Of a DNA stretch of 24,947 nucleotides, positions 9,995-19,288 are shown piece after piece. The notes under the pieces were generated by a model. It saw only the letters and a program-made list of their open reading frames with translations. It did not search any database and was not told where the DNA came from. Origin of the DNA: Myxococcota bacterium (lineage in GTDB: Bacteria > Myxococcota_A > Polyangia > Polyangiales > Sandaracinaceae); contig JAYZQJ010000280.1 of NCBI GenBank assembly GCA_036149055.1, positions 1 to 24,947 of the forward strand, written 5' to 3'. The translations under genes and the position numbers were made by a program. The first letter of the stretch is position 1. The number at the start of each line of letters is the position of its first letter.

Positions 9995-10112
9995 CTTCGC
10001 CTCCCTACCTGACCATGCGTTCAGTGTGGGCCCGCTCCTGCGCGGAATCAAGCCCTTCACGGCCCAGGACGCGACGCTCGGGCAGCGACTGACGGAACCG
10101 ACGAGAAAGATC

Positions 10113-10595
10113 TCAGGCGGCGACCTTCTTCCCTTCGCGCAGCCGCTGCGGCGCGGTGCGCAGGGCGCCCTCGGCGGGGACCAGCGGCCCGACGCGGCCC
10201 AGACCGAAGGGCGGCATGTGGTGGTAGATGCACTCGTAGGTGCCCGGCTCGACGACGTAGGTCTCGTGCCAGATCCCCATGGCGCCGCCGCGCCCCCAGC
10301 GCTCGATCCACTTCGCCCAGGCCGGGAGATGGCGGCGCTGCTTGGAGCGCGCGTAGCGGTGGAGGTCCTCGGCGGACCGCCAGTACTGGAGCGAGAGCGT
10401 GGTGCGCCCGGCGTAGCTCTCGTGGGCGAGCAGGCCCGACTCGGGGTCCGCCTCGAGCTCCCGCATCATCGCCCCGAAGGCCACCGACACCCCCCAGACG
10501 ACGGGCACCAGCCACCACTTGTTGATCCGCGCGCCGATCAGGAAGACCACGAAGCCCTCCCGCCGATCGACCGTCAGCCTCTCCGAACGCACCAT
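10113..10595 (-). CDS. DUF4188 (monooxygenase af470-like) family protein
   Basis: VVFLIGARINKWW, LQYWRSAEDLHRYA, HLPAW, GIWHETY and YECIYHHMPPFGL motifs. ATG 10595 after GGAGGGG (alternative start 10607). Confidence 0.88.
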   Translation of the reverse strand: MVRSERLTVDRREGFVVFLIGARINKWWLVPVVWGVSVAFGAMMRELEADPESGLLAHESYAGRTTLSLQYWRSAEDLHRYARSKQRRHLPAWAKWIERWGRGGAMGIWHETYVVEPGTYECIYHHMPPFGLGRVGPLVPAEGALRTAPQRLREGKKVAA

Positions 10596-10623
10596 CGTCC
10601 CCTCCATGTTTCTGCCGTCATCA

Positions 10624-10667
10624 ATGATGACAAGCGCAACATACAGCCGTTGTTGCTGCTGTCAACA
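10624..10667. promoter_or_regulatory. Two putative TetR operators overlapping a minus-strand sigma70-like promoter
   Basis: TGATGACAAGCGCAACA (10625-10641) and the reverse complement of 10651-10667 (TGTTGACAGCAGCAACA) match at 13/17. Minus-strand TTGACA (10665-10660)-16 nt-TATGTT (10643-10638). Confidence 0.6.
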
Positions 10668-10684
10668 CGGAGTAGGCTTGGGGC

Positions 10685-11281
10685 GTGCCGACGAAGAAGC
10701 CCAGGGGGCAGTATCACCACGGTGATCTCCGCGCGGCCTTGCTCGAGGTGGCGCCGGCCGTGATCGCGGAGCGAGGCCTGCACGGCCTCAGCCTGCGGGA
10801 GTGCGCCCGGCGTCTCGGCGTGTCCCACGCCGCCCCCTACCGTCACTTCGCCGACAAGGAGACGCTGCTCACGGCGCTGGCGGGAGAGGGCTTTCGACGG
10901 CTCGTGCGAGCGGGTCGAGAGGCGATGCGGGACCTCGCCGACCCGCGGGATCGGCTGCGGGCGTACGGCCTCGCCTATGTCCGCTTCGCGCTCGAGCACC
11001 CCGAGCACCACCGGGTGATGTTCAGCTGCGAGGACGACGGCCGGATCGCGCCCGAGGATCGCGCCGCGGGCGACGAGGCGTTCGAGCTCCTGCGGGAGAC
11101 CACCGAGGAGGCGACCGGGCTGTCGGGCGGCGCGGAGATGCCGGCGACCCTGTCCTTCTGGAGCCTCGCCCATGGGCTCTCGATGCTCCTCCTCGACGGC
11201 CGCATCCCGGCCGAGCACACCGCCACGCCCGAGGCGGTCGAGGCCCTCGCCGCGAGCGTCTTCGACCGCTGGCGCGGCTGA
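10685..11281 (+). CDS. TetR/AcrR family regulator with WHG-type C-terminal domain
   Basis: YHHGDLRAALL, LSLRECARRLGVSHAAPYRHFADKE HTH, AYVRFALEHP and WSLAHGL. Divergent from DUF4188. Confidence 0.93.
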   Translation: MPTKKPRGQYHHGDLRAALLEVAPAVIAERGLHGLSLRECARRLGVSHAAPYRHFADKETLLTALAGEGFRRLVRAGREAMRDLADPRDRLRAYGLAYVRFALEHPEHHRVMFSCEDDGRIAPEDRAAGDEAFELLRETTEEATGLSGGAEMPATLSFWSLAHGLSMLLLDGRIPAEHTATPEAVEALAASVFDRWRG

Positions 11282-11569
11282 TCAGGAGGCGAAGTCGACG
11301 ACGGCCGCGCCGCGGCTGCGCTCGGCGATGAAGGCCTTCACCTCGCCGTGGTGAGCGTCGGCCTGGTAGGCGTCGAGGGCGTCCGCGTCCTCGTGTCGCG
11401 TGATCAGGCAGAGGTCCCAGGCCCGGGGGCCTCGGTTGACGTCGACGCCTACCTCGATGGAGGCGAGCCCGGCGACATTCCCCTCCATGCCGCGGAGCCG
11501 CTCCGCCACCGCGGCCGCGTTCTCCGCGACCGGCTCGTTCATCTGAAACAGGACGACGTGCGTGATCAT
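11282..11569 (-). CDS. Dabb family (stress-responsive alpha/beta barrel) protein
   Basis: MITHVVLF start, IEVGVD, DALDAYQADAHH and AVVDF end. GGAG RBS. Confidence 0.9.
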   Translation of the reverse strand: MITHVVLFQMNEPVAENAAAVAERLRGMEGNVAGLASIEVGVDVNRGPRAWDLCLITRHEDADALDAYQADAHHGEVKAFIAERSRGAAVVDFAS

Positions 11570-11582
11570 CTCGCTCTCCTTC

Positions 11583-12092
11583 TCACGACTGCCACTCGGT
11601 GCGGTCGCGCAGCAGCGCCTCGAGCGCCTCGACGTCTTCGACCGCCCGGAGGGGGATGGTGGCCCGGGAGCCGCCCTTCATCTCGTACCAGACGTAGTCG
11701 GGGCCGCGGCCGGCGGCGCGGACCTCGTCCCAGGGGAGGTTCGTGCGGACCTTTCCGTCGTCGATGCGCACGCCCTCCTTCCGGAGCGACACCTCGAGCT
11801 CGCGGTCGGCCATGCCGCTCTGCTGCCGACGACGCACGAGGGCGTTGGCGAGGAGCAGCGGCTTGAACACGAGGTAGAGCCCGAAGAGGAGCGCCACGAC
11901 GCCCATGCCGCGCTCGAAGAGATCCGGCGCGCGGGCGATCATGCCGACGCCGAGCATCGCGAGCAGCGGGCCGGCGAGCAGGCGCAGGACCCGCGCGCCG
12001 GGGCGACGGTAATACTCGCGGATCCACGCGCGCCGGTACTCGGCGTCGGTCAGGGTGAAGCGGAAGGTCTGAGGCGTCTTCGCCACGCTCAC
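11583..12092 (-). CDS. YcxB-like two-TM membrane protein
   Basis: GTG start overlaps the S8 stop (GTGA). Two hydrophobic helices, then EVSLRKEGVRI...LPWDEV...TIPLRA. Corresponds to the 3' part of ORF 11583..12863. Confidence 0.75.
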   Translation of the reverse strand: MSVAKTPQTFRFTLTDAEYRRAWIREYYRRPGARVLRLLAGPLLAMLGVGMIARAPDLFERGMGVVALLFGLYLVFKPLLLANALVRRRQQSGMADRELEVSLRKEGVRIDDGKVRTNLPWDEVRAAGRGPDYVWYEMKGGSRATIPLRAVEDVEALEALLRDRTEWQS

Positions 12093-13963
12093 CTGCGGCG
12101 GCGCTCGCGGCGCGCCCGGGCGATGGCGCGCTCCTCGTGGGCGATGACGCCGTAGAAGGGCGCGGGGATGGCGGTGCCGGTCTCGCGGATGATGGTGATC
12201 ACCTGGGCCGGCGAGAGGCCCGGGCTCACGGCGAGCATCTTGGCGGCGAGGTTCGCGACGTTGGGCGACGCCATCGAGGTGCCGCTCAGCGGGACGCGCT
12301 CGCCGTTGGGGATGACGCTGTCGACCTCGACGCCGTGGTCGAAGACCTGCACGCGGTCGGGGTTGCTGTTGGTGAAGGTGGCCCAGTCGCCGAAGCGATC
12401 GACCGCGCCGACCACCAGCAGGTTCGGCAGGTCGGGCAGGCTCGAGGGCACGTCCTCGTACTCCACGATGTCGCGGTTGCTGTTGCCGGCGGCCACGACG
12501 AAGAGGGTGTCGGGGTTCTGCTCGAAGACGTGGCGCCAGTTGTCGCGGCGGTGACGGTGGATCTCCTCGGCGCGCGCGCGCACCGCCTCCTCGGTCGGGT
12601 AGCGGTCGGCCTCGTGCCGGAGCTGCGCCTCCACGTAGTCGCGGGCGAAGCCGAGGCTGGCGTTGACCACCCGCACGTCGTGGGCGTCGATGAAGCGCGC
12701 GATGTCCTCGACGTTCTGGCGCTCGGCCGCGAGCTCCTCGTCGGTCGGGCCGCGGTGGTGGTAGAGGCGCGCCTCGCCGGCCCACGCCGAGCGGAACACC
12801 GCCATGCGCGCCTGCGGGAGGCCGGCGGTCATGATGCCGGCCACGTGGGTGCCGTGCGCCCACTCGCCGATCGCGTCGAGGTTGATCTCGAGCGCCTCGA
12901 GCTGCTCGGCGTCCTGCACCGCGCCCATCAGGCCGAGTACCCGCTGCGCCGCCTCGGTGGAGGCCAGCCCGGCGCGCAGATCCATGATGCCGCGGAGGAA
13001 CGGCGCGTACTCGGTGATGACCGACTCGCCGGGCTCGTAGGTCAGCGCGTCCTGGCCCTCGGTCGGGTCGGAGATCACGCCGTGCCGGTCGTCGACCAGC
13101 CCGTTCTCGTCGTCGTCCTCGCCGTTCAGCGCCTCGGCCTCGTTGACGAAGAGCTGCTCCTCGAAGAGCGCGCCGGCCACGCCGGTGTCCCAGACCGCGA
13201 TCACCACCGGCTGCGCGTCACGCGCCCGGGTCAGATCGACGGTGCTGAACGCGAAGGGCTCGGCCTCCTCCTGCCCCTCGTGCGCCTGCCGAACGGCCTG
13301 GATGGCGTTCATGAACGTCTCGCGGTGGGCGACGATCGGGCGGAGCACACCGTCGTAGAAGAGCGCGGCGACCGCGGTGTCGAGGCCGACGAGCTGGGTG
13401 TGGAGCTGCTCCACGCGGGCGTCGATCTGCCCCTCGTTCTGGAAGAGCTGGAACACCACGGTCGCGCTGCCGAAGCGGTTCCGGGGCAGCTCCTCGAGCA
13501 CCGCGCGCACGGCCGGCTCCGGGTCCGCCTCCGCGCCGCGACGGGCGAGCTCGCTCAGGAGCGTGGTGCCGGTGTAGGCGTTGTTCCGGTTGCGCGCCTT
13601 CGCGCGGACCAGGCGCACGAGGCCGGCCGCCCGGGCGTGCTCCCCGGCCGCGGTCTCGGCGATCGCGAGGTTGATCAGCTGCTCCGAGACGCGGTCGCCC
13701 AGCGCGGGGGCGCTCTCCGGATCCTCGATCCACTGCGGGAGCTGCGACAGCTCGAGGTCGGGCTCGACCTCGGCGATCCGGGCCGCGGTGCGCTCGCGCA
13801 CGAGGCTCACCAGCGCGGGGGTGTCGAGGGCGTCCCAGGGCGACGTCGCCGCCTCCTCGGCGCCGGCGGCGCGCTCTTCCTGCGGCGGCGCGAAGTCTTC
13901 TGCGGGCGCGTCTCCACCGCAGGCGAGGAGGAGGAGAGACAGGATCGTGAGAGTGGCTCGCAT
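12089..13963 (-). CDS. S8 (subtilisin-like) serine peptidase, lipoprotein
   Basis: Catalytic motifs IAVWDTGV, HGTHVAG, AAGNS and GTSMASP. Lipobox LLLAC. Long helical N-terminal region. Confidence 0.93.
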   Translation of the reverse strand: MRATLTILSLLLLACGGDAPAEDFAPPQEERAAGAEEAATSPWDALDTPALVSLVRERTAARIAEVEPDLELSQLPQWIEDPESAPALGDRVSEQLINLAIAETAAGEHARAAGLVRLVRAKARNRNNAYTGTTLLSELARRGAEADPEPAVRAVLEELPRNRFGSATVVFQLFQNEGQIDARVEQLHTQLVGLDTAVAALFYDGVLRPIVAHRETFMNAIQAVRQAHEGQEEAEPFAFSTVDLTRARDAQPVVIAVWDTGVAGALFEEQLFVNEAEALNGEDDDENGLVDDRHGVISDPTEGQDALTYEPGESVITEYAPFLRGIMDLRAGLASTEAAQRVLGLMGAVQDAEQLEALEINLDAIGEWAHGTHVAGIMTAGLPQARMAVFRSAWAGEARLYHHRGPTDEELAAERQNVEDIARFIDAHDVRVVNASLGFARDYVEAQLRHEADRYPTEEAVRARAEEIHRHRRDNWRHVFEQNPDTLFVVAAGNSNRDIVEYEDVPSSLPDLPNLLVVGAVDRFGDWATFTNSNPDRVQVFDHGVEVDSVIPNGERVPLSGTSMASPNVANLAAKMLAVSPGLSPAQVITIIRETGTAIPAPFYGVIAHEERAIARARRERRRR

Positions 13964-14150
13964 GCGCGGGACCTTCCCTCAGAGGCAGGTGCCCCGCAAC
14001 CGCCAAGGAAGGTGCGCGCGCGGTGTCCGTACCCTGGGGAAGCGGGCCTTGCCTCGACCGGGTGGATGTGCGTACTTCCCGATTGAATCTTCCGGGCGTT
14101 GCGCACGTCGCAGGCCCACCAGAGCCGTTGGATCAGGGGACGAGGGGCAG

Positions 14151-15551
14151 ATGAAGGTCGGACACGCGAAGGTACTGACGCTCTCTTTGGCGTTGGCGGT
14201 GGGCTCGCTTTGGGCGGGTGAGGCAGAGGCACAGTTCGCCCCGCAGGCCCGACCGGCCTACGGCTACGCGAACCTGCGGAGCGGCTTCATGCCGGATCCG
14301 CACGTGATGCGCGGCAACCTGGGCGGCACCGTCTCGGCGAGCCAGATCAACTCCTCGTGCCGCGGCCACATCACGCCGCAGCCGAGCCACGTGATCCGCT
14401 CGCGCACCGGCTTCCGCAACATCCGGTTCGTCGTCAACTCGAGCGCGGACGCGACCCTGATGGTCATGCTCCCGTCGGGTCAGATCCTCTGCAACGACGA
14501 CGGCGGCCTCCGCATGAACCCGCTCATCGAGACCAGCGCTCCCGCCGGTGACATCCGGGTCTGGGTCGGCGCCTACTCGCAGTCCAACAGCGGCACGCCC
14601 TACAGCATCGGCTTCAGCGAGCTGTCGCACGTCAACGCCGACAGCCTGGGGGGCCACGCCGCGCCGCCGCCCCGCGGCCGTCCCCCGGTGGTGCACGGTC
14701 CGCTGCAGCCGACCATGCCGCCCTCCTTCGGGCAGGTGAACCTGACCGCCGGCTTCATGCCCGACCCGCACGTCGTCAGCGGCACCGCGGGCGGCCCGAT
14801 CCAGGCGTCGAGCGTCGGCAACGGCTGCCGCGGCTACGTGTCGCCCCAGCCCAACCACGTGCTGATGACCGGCTCCGGCTTCAGCAACATTCGCCTCGTG
14901 GTCAACGGCAGCGCCGACACCACCCTCGTGGTCATGCTGCCCAACGGTCAGATCGTCTGCGACGACGACGGGGGCAGCGGGACCAACCCGCTCGTGAGCA
15001 CGAGCTCGCCCCCCGGCCCCATCCGGGTCTGGGTCGGGACCTACCGTCAGGGCACGAGCGCCAACTACAACATCGGGTTCAGCGAGCTGGGCCACGTCGG
15101 CACGAACAACATCCCCGCGCCGGGCGGCGGCCAGGTCGTGGTGCGCCCCCCCGGCGTGCAGCCGCCGGTCATCCAGCCGCCGTCGGTCGCCGACATCGTG
15201 CAGATGCAGGTCAGCATCCCGGTGACCCTGATGGGCCCGGGCATGACCCCCGGCACCGTCGCGCTCTGGAACCCACGCGGCGGCCCCGCCACCCAGATCA
15301 CGCTCAGCGGCCGCAGCATCTCCGCGGGCGGCGTGACCCTCGGCAGCATCCCGCCCTCGATGCGGGATCCGGTGGTCACCGTCACCCAGCGCCGCAACGG
15401 CACCCTGCTGGTCCGCGCCGAGCAGCCCCCGATGGGCCGCGGCGATCGCGGCGAGCAGATGCTCCTCCTCGTGCGCTGGGCCGGCCGCCCGACCATCGCC
15501 GAGCGCTGGAGCGGCACCGCCGTGCAGCGCGGCCCTCGCTGGTCGCGGTGA
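14151..15551 (+). CDS. Secreted protein with two tandem PPC-like (pre-peptidase C-terminal-like) beta domains
   Basis: Signal peptide ending AEA. Two internal repeats G..NL..GFMPDPHV..G..GG...C.G...PQP.HV...D.TL.VMLP.GQI.C.DDGG...NPL......G.IRVWVG.Y...Y.IGFSEL, with Pro-rich linkers. No catalytic motif. Confidence 0.8.
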   Translation: MKVGHAKVLTLSLALAVGSLWAGEAEAQFAPQARPAYGYANLRSGFMPDPHVMRGNLGGTVSASQINSSCRGHITPQPSHVIRSRTGFRNIRFVVNSSADATLMVMLPSGQILCNDDGGLRMNPLIETSAPAGDIRVWVGAYSQSNSGTPYSIGFSELSHVNADSLGGHAAPPPRGRPPVVHGPLQPTMPPSFGQVNLTAGFMPDPHVVSGTAGGPIQASSVGNGCRGYVSPQPNHVLMTGSGFSNIRLVVNGSADTTLVVMLPNGQIVCDDDGGSGTNPLVSTSSPPGPIRVWVGTYRQGTSANYNIGFSELGHVGTNNIPAPGGGQVVVRPPGVQPPVIQPPSVADIVQMQVSIPVTLMGPGMTPGTVALWNPRGGPATQITLSGRSISAGGVTLGSIPPSMRDPVVTVTQRRNGTLLVRAEQPPMGRGDRGEQMLLLVRWAGRPTIAERWSGTAVQRGPRWSR

Positions 15552-15557
15552 GCTGCT

Positions 15558-15594
15558 GGGCGGGGGTCGGGCTCGATCTCGGGTCCCCCCGCCC
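15558..15594 (+). terminator. GC-rich stem-loop after the PPC-like gene
   Basis: GGGCGGGGG (15558-15566) pairs with CCCCCGCCC (15586-15594). No U-tract. Confidence 0.35.
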
Positions 15595-15642
15595 TCGACC
15601 ACCGGGTAGCCGCGCGGCGCGACGTGCGCATGTCAGCGCGCG

Positions 15643-16911
15643 ATGAAGCTCGTCACCCCGGACCAGGCGCTCGGCGCGCTGCGCTCGAGCCAGCGCGTCT
15701 ACGTTCACGAAGCCATGATGGCCCCGGTCGGGCTGATCGAGGCGCTCGCGGAGCGCTGCCGGTCGCTGACCGGAGTCGAGATCGTTCACCTGCACACCAA
15801 CGCGCCGGCGCCGTACGTGGACCCGTCGCTCGAGGGTCACGCGCGCCACAACGCCCTCTTCACCGGCGCCAACGTGCGGGAGGCGGTGAACGAGGGGCGC
15901 GCGGACTTCACGCCGGTGTTCCTCAGCGAGATCCCGAAGCTCTTCCGGGACGGAACGCTGCCGATCGACGTGGCGCTGGTGCAGCTGTCGCCCCCGGACG
16001 CGCATGGCTTCTGCCGTCTCGGCACGTCGGTGGCCACCGCGCGCGCGGCCGTCAACCACGCGGCCCGCGTGATCGCCGAGATCAACCCGCGCGTCCCCCG
16101 GACGATGGGCTTCTCCTCGGTCCACGTGAGCCAGATCGATTTCGCCGTGGAGGTGGACCGCCCGCTCCCCGAGATCCGAGTGGCGCCCCCCTCCGCGCGG
16201 GAGCGCGAGATCGGGCGTCACATCGCGCAGCAGATCCCGGACGGCGCGACGCTCCAGATGGGCATCGGCAAGATCCCGGACGCGACGCTCGAGGCGCTGC
16301 GGGGACACCGCCACCTCGGGGTGCACACCGAGATGTTCAGCGACGGGCTCGTCGACCTGGTGGAGGCGGGCGTGATCACCGGCCGCGAGAAGACGCGCTG
16401 GCAGAACCGGGTGGTCACCAGCTTCGTCATGGGGACGAGGCGCGTGACCGACTTCGTCGACAGCAACCCCTTCGTGGAATTCCACCCGAGCGACCTGGTC
16501 AACGACGCCGAGGAGATCGGCAAGCAGCACCGCATGATCGCGATCAACTCTGCCATCGAAGTCGACCTCACCGGACAGGTCTGCGCCGACTCCATCGGCG
16601 ACCGCATCTACAGCGGCATCGGCGGACAGATGGACTTCATGCGCGGCGCCGTTCGGAGCGAGGGCGGCAAGGCGTTCATCGCGCTGCCGAGCACCACGAC
16701 CGCCGGCGAGAGCCGGATCGTGCCGCGCTTGAGGCCCGGAGCCGGCGTGGTGACGACGCGCGGGCATGTCCAGTACGTGGCCACCGAGCACGGCGTGGTG
16801 AACCTGCGCGGCCGCAGCCTCCGCCAGCGCGCCGAGCTGCTGATCTCGATCGCTCACCCCGATCATCGACGTGCGCTGCGCCAGGCGGCGGCCGGACGCC
16901 AGATCTTGTAG
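15643..16911 (+). CDS. Acetyl-CoA hydrolase/transferase family (4-hydroxybutyrate CoA-transferase-like)
   Basis: DVALVQLSPPDAHGFCRLG, DGATLQMGIGKIPDA, HLGVHTEMFSDG (catalytic Glu), VDLTGQV, YSGIGGQMDF and VATEHG motifs. Confidence 0.95.
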   Translation: MKLVTPDQALGALRSSQRVYVHEAMMAPVGLIEALAERCRSLTGVEIVHLHTNAPAPYVDPSLEGHARHNALFTGANVREAVNEGRADFTPVFLSEIPKLFRDGTLPIDVALVQLSPPDAHGFCRLGTSVATARAAVNHAARVIAEINPRVPRTMGFSSVHVSQIDFAVEVDRPLPEIRVAPPSAREREIGRHIAQQIPDGATLQMGIGKIPDATLEALRGHRHLGVHTEMFSDGLVDLVEAGVITGREKTRWQNRVVTSFVMGTRRVTDFVDSNPFVEFHPSDLVNDAEEIGKQHRMIAINSAIEVDLTGQVCADSIGDRIYSGIGGQMDFMRGAVRSEGGKAFIALPSTTTAGESRIVPRLRPGAGVVTTRGHVQYVATEHGVVNLRGRSLRQRAELLISIAHPDHRRALRQAAAGRQIL

Positions 16912-16922
16912 GGTTCGACCCC

Positions 16923-18185
16923 TTGTCCGACGCGCTGTCCAACCCCGCCCCGGGCCTCGCCAGAGGTCGCTACGCCGACGGCTACGAGCTCGTCGCCCGG
17001 ACCTTCGCCGACCAGCTCGAGAAGGGCATGGAGGTCGGCGCCGCGCTCAGCGTGTACCGCCGCGGCGAGCACGTCGTCGATCTCTGGGGCGGGCAGGCCG
17101 ACGTGCGCCGCGGCGTGCCCTGGGCGCGCGACACGCGCGTCGTCCTGTTCAGCGTGACCAAGGGGCTGATGGCGATGGCCCTGCACCTGCTGGCCGATCG
17201 GGGGCAGCTGGACTGGGACGCGCCCGTGGCCGATCGCTGGCCGGGCTTCGCCGCGAACGGCAAGGCCGCGATCACCGCGCGCACGCTCCTGAACCACCAG
17301 GCCGGGCTGCCGTACCTGGACACCCCGCTCACGCTCGCGCAGTGCGTCGATCCCGAGCAGGCGGAGGTCGTGCGGCGCGCGCTCGAGGCGCAGGCGCCGG
17401 CCTGGACACCGGGAGAGCGGCAGGGCTACCACGCGATCACCTTCGGCCTCTACGCGCGCGAGCTCTTCGAGCGCGTCGCGGGCGAGCCGGTCGGGCCGTT
17501 CCTGCGCCGCGAGCTCCTCGAGCCGCTCGGCTCGGACGCTCACCTCGGCACGCCGGCCGAGGAGGACGCGCGCACCGCGAGGCTCTACCCGCCGGGGATC
17601 GGCGACCGGGTGGCGCGCATGCTCGGCGCCTCGCTGCTGCAGCCCCGCTCGACCGAGGCCCACGTGCTCCGCGCCTCGATCGGCCGCAGCTCCATCGCGC
17701 GGCGCGCCTTCCTGAACCCGAAGACCGGCCCCCGCGGCGTGCTGGCCTACGACGACGTGGCGGTGCGGCGCGCGGCGCTCGCCTGGGCGTCCGCCACCGC
17801 CAGCGCCGACGGAGTCGCGCGCGCCTACCTCCCCTTCGCGGGCGGCGGCGCGCACGGAGGTCGGCGCTACCTGCGCGAGGAGACGATCGCGCCGGTCCAT
17901 TCGCGGCAGGGCTGGGCGCACGACCTGGTGGTGCAGAAGCCGATGGGCTGGTCGCAGGGCTTCCTCAAGGAGGAGCGCCACCTCTTCAGCCCGACGCCCC
18001 AGTCCTTCGGCCACGCCGGCATGGGCGGCGCCCTCGGCTGGGCCGACCCGGTCGAGGGGCTCGCGATCGGCTACGTGATGAACCGGATGGACTGGCGGGT
18101 CCGCTCGCCTCGGTGCGTCGCGCTCTGCCGCGCGCTCTACGAGTCCGAGGCGCTCGACCGGGGGCCGACCCGGCTCCCCCGGTGA
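16923..18185 (+). CDS. Serine hydrolase (beta-lactamase-like family VIII esterase)
   Basis: VVDLWGG, FSVTKG (SxxK), LLNHQAGL, GYHAITFG and FGHAGMGG motifs. TTG 16923 lies 11 nt after the previous stop; start uncertain. Confidence 0.9.
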   Translation: MSDALSNPAPGLARGRYADGYELVARTFADQLEKGMEVGAALSVYRRGEHVVDLWGGQADVRRGVPWARDTRVVLFSVTKGLMAMALHLLADRGQLDWDAPVADRWPGFAANGKAAITARTLLNHQAGLPYLDTPLTLAQCVDPEQAEVVRRALEAQAPAWTPGERQGYHAITFGLYARELFERVAGEPVGPFLRRELLEPLGSDAHLGTPAEEDARTARLYPPGIGDRVARMLGASLLQPRSTEAHVLRASIGRSSIARRAFLNPKTGPRGVLAYDDVAVRRAALAWASATASADGVARAYLPFAGGGAHGGRRYLREETIAPVHSRQGWAHDLVVQKPMGWSQGFLKEERHLFSPTPQSFGHAGMGGALGWADPVEGLAIGYVMNRMDWRVRSPRCVALCRALYESEALDRGPTRLPR

Positions 18186-18192
18186 CGCCTCG

Positions 18193-19113
18193 TCAGCCGC
18201 CGGCAGCGAGCGCGAAGTCGAGAGCCGCGCGGGCCGCCGCGACCTGGGCGTCGTTGCACTGCTCGGGCGTGGCCCGAGGGCTGTCGGGGTAGACCTCGGT
18301 GGTCGTGCGGTAGCGCGCGGAGCTGACGCCGGCGCAGAGCCCGAGCCCGCGGCAGGGGTAGAGGATGAGGCCGGGCGAGACGACGTCCGACCCGATGATC
18401 TGCCCGTCGGCGTCGGCCGGCGCGAGGTGAGTCACCTCGGCGACCGCGTCGAGGATGGCCCGCTGGAAAGGCACCTGAGGGTCCTCGGTGTCGCCCACCA
18501 GGTAGAAGCCGTCGGGGATGCTGCCGGTCTCGGGCGGTGCGCCGTCACGCGCGGCCTTGGCGGGGCGGAACTCCGTCGCGTCGGTGTCGGTCGTCTCGTG
18601 CAAGTCGACGTGCACGAGGAGGGAGTCGCGGAGCGGCGCGACCAGGCGCATGAGCGCCGCCGACTCCGCGCAGGGGCTGTCTTCGACGAAGGAGCGGTTC
18701 GGGTCGAGGGCGAGCGGGTTCCAGCGCTGGACGCGCTCGTACGCCCACGGGCTGACGCAGGGGACCACGATCACGTCGAGGCGGCCGTCGTAGTCGGCCA
18801 GGTGTCGCTCGGCGAATTGCAGCGCGCCATGCACGCCGCTCGTCTCGTAGCCGTGCACGCCGCCGGTGATCAGCGCGCGCGGCGTCCCCTCGCGCCGGCC
18901 GCGGCTGCGCAGCGCGAAGAGGGGGAAGACGCCGTCCGGGCCGTGATCGATCGCGCCGTACGAGGCGACCTCGCAGCTCTCGCGGAGGCGCTCCACCCGC
19001 GCGAGCACGTCGTGGGCGTAGCTGCGCTGGACGCGCTGACGGGCTCGCCACTCGGCGCGCTCGGCGTCCGTCCAGGGCTGGCCAGGGGTCCCGATCGGAT
19101 AGGGTGCGTTCAT
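18193..19113 (-). CDS. M14 family metallocarboxypeptidase-like protein
   Basis: YPIGTPGQPW N-terminus, GGVHGYETSG (HxxE), DPNRSF, DLHET and TTTEVYPDS motifs. Confidence 0.9.
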   Translation of the reverse strand: MNAPYPIGTPGQPWTDAERAEWRARQRVQRSYAHDVLARVERLRESCEVASYGAIDHGPDGVFPLFALRSRGRREGTPRALITGGVHGYETSGVHGALQFAERHLADYDGRLDVIVVPCVSPWAYERVQRWNPLALDPNRSFVEDSPCAESAALMRLVAPLRDSLLVHVDLHETTDTDATEFRPAKAARDGAPPETGSIPDGFYLVGDTEDPQVPFQRAILDAVAEVTHLAPADADGQIIGSDVVSPGLILYPCRGLGLCAGVSSARYRTTTEVYPDSPRATPEQCNDAQVAAARAALDFALAAGG

Positions 19114-19288
19114 GAGCCACGGAACGTAGCGCGGCCCGGGCTTCGAGCACGCTGTGGCGCTGGGCGCTCGTCGCCCTCGAGTTCCCGCATGGGAATCCAT
19201 GGCGATGTGGTCTAATGCACATCTCGAACTACGGGACGATGCGTTGACTGCGGATCCCTCCGATGCTCCCCATCCCTGGACAGCTCTG

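Noticed and set aside
15624..18185. 853-aa ORF or frameshift fusion of CoA-transferase and esterase
   Set aside because: The 5' half is an off-frame shadow of the CoA-transferase. No slippery site was seen, and a start exists at 16923.
16923..18185. Beta-lactam resistance gene
   Set aside because: No signal peptide, and the motifs (VVDLWGG, GYHAITFG, FGHxG) fit family VIII esterases rather than AmpC.
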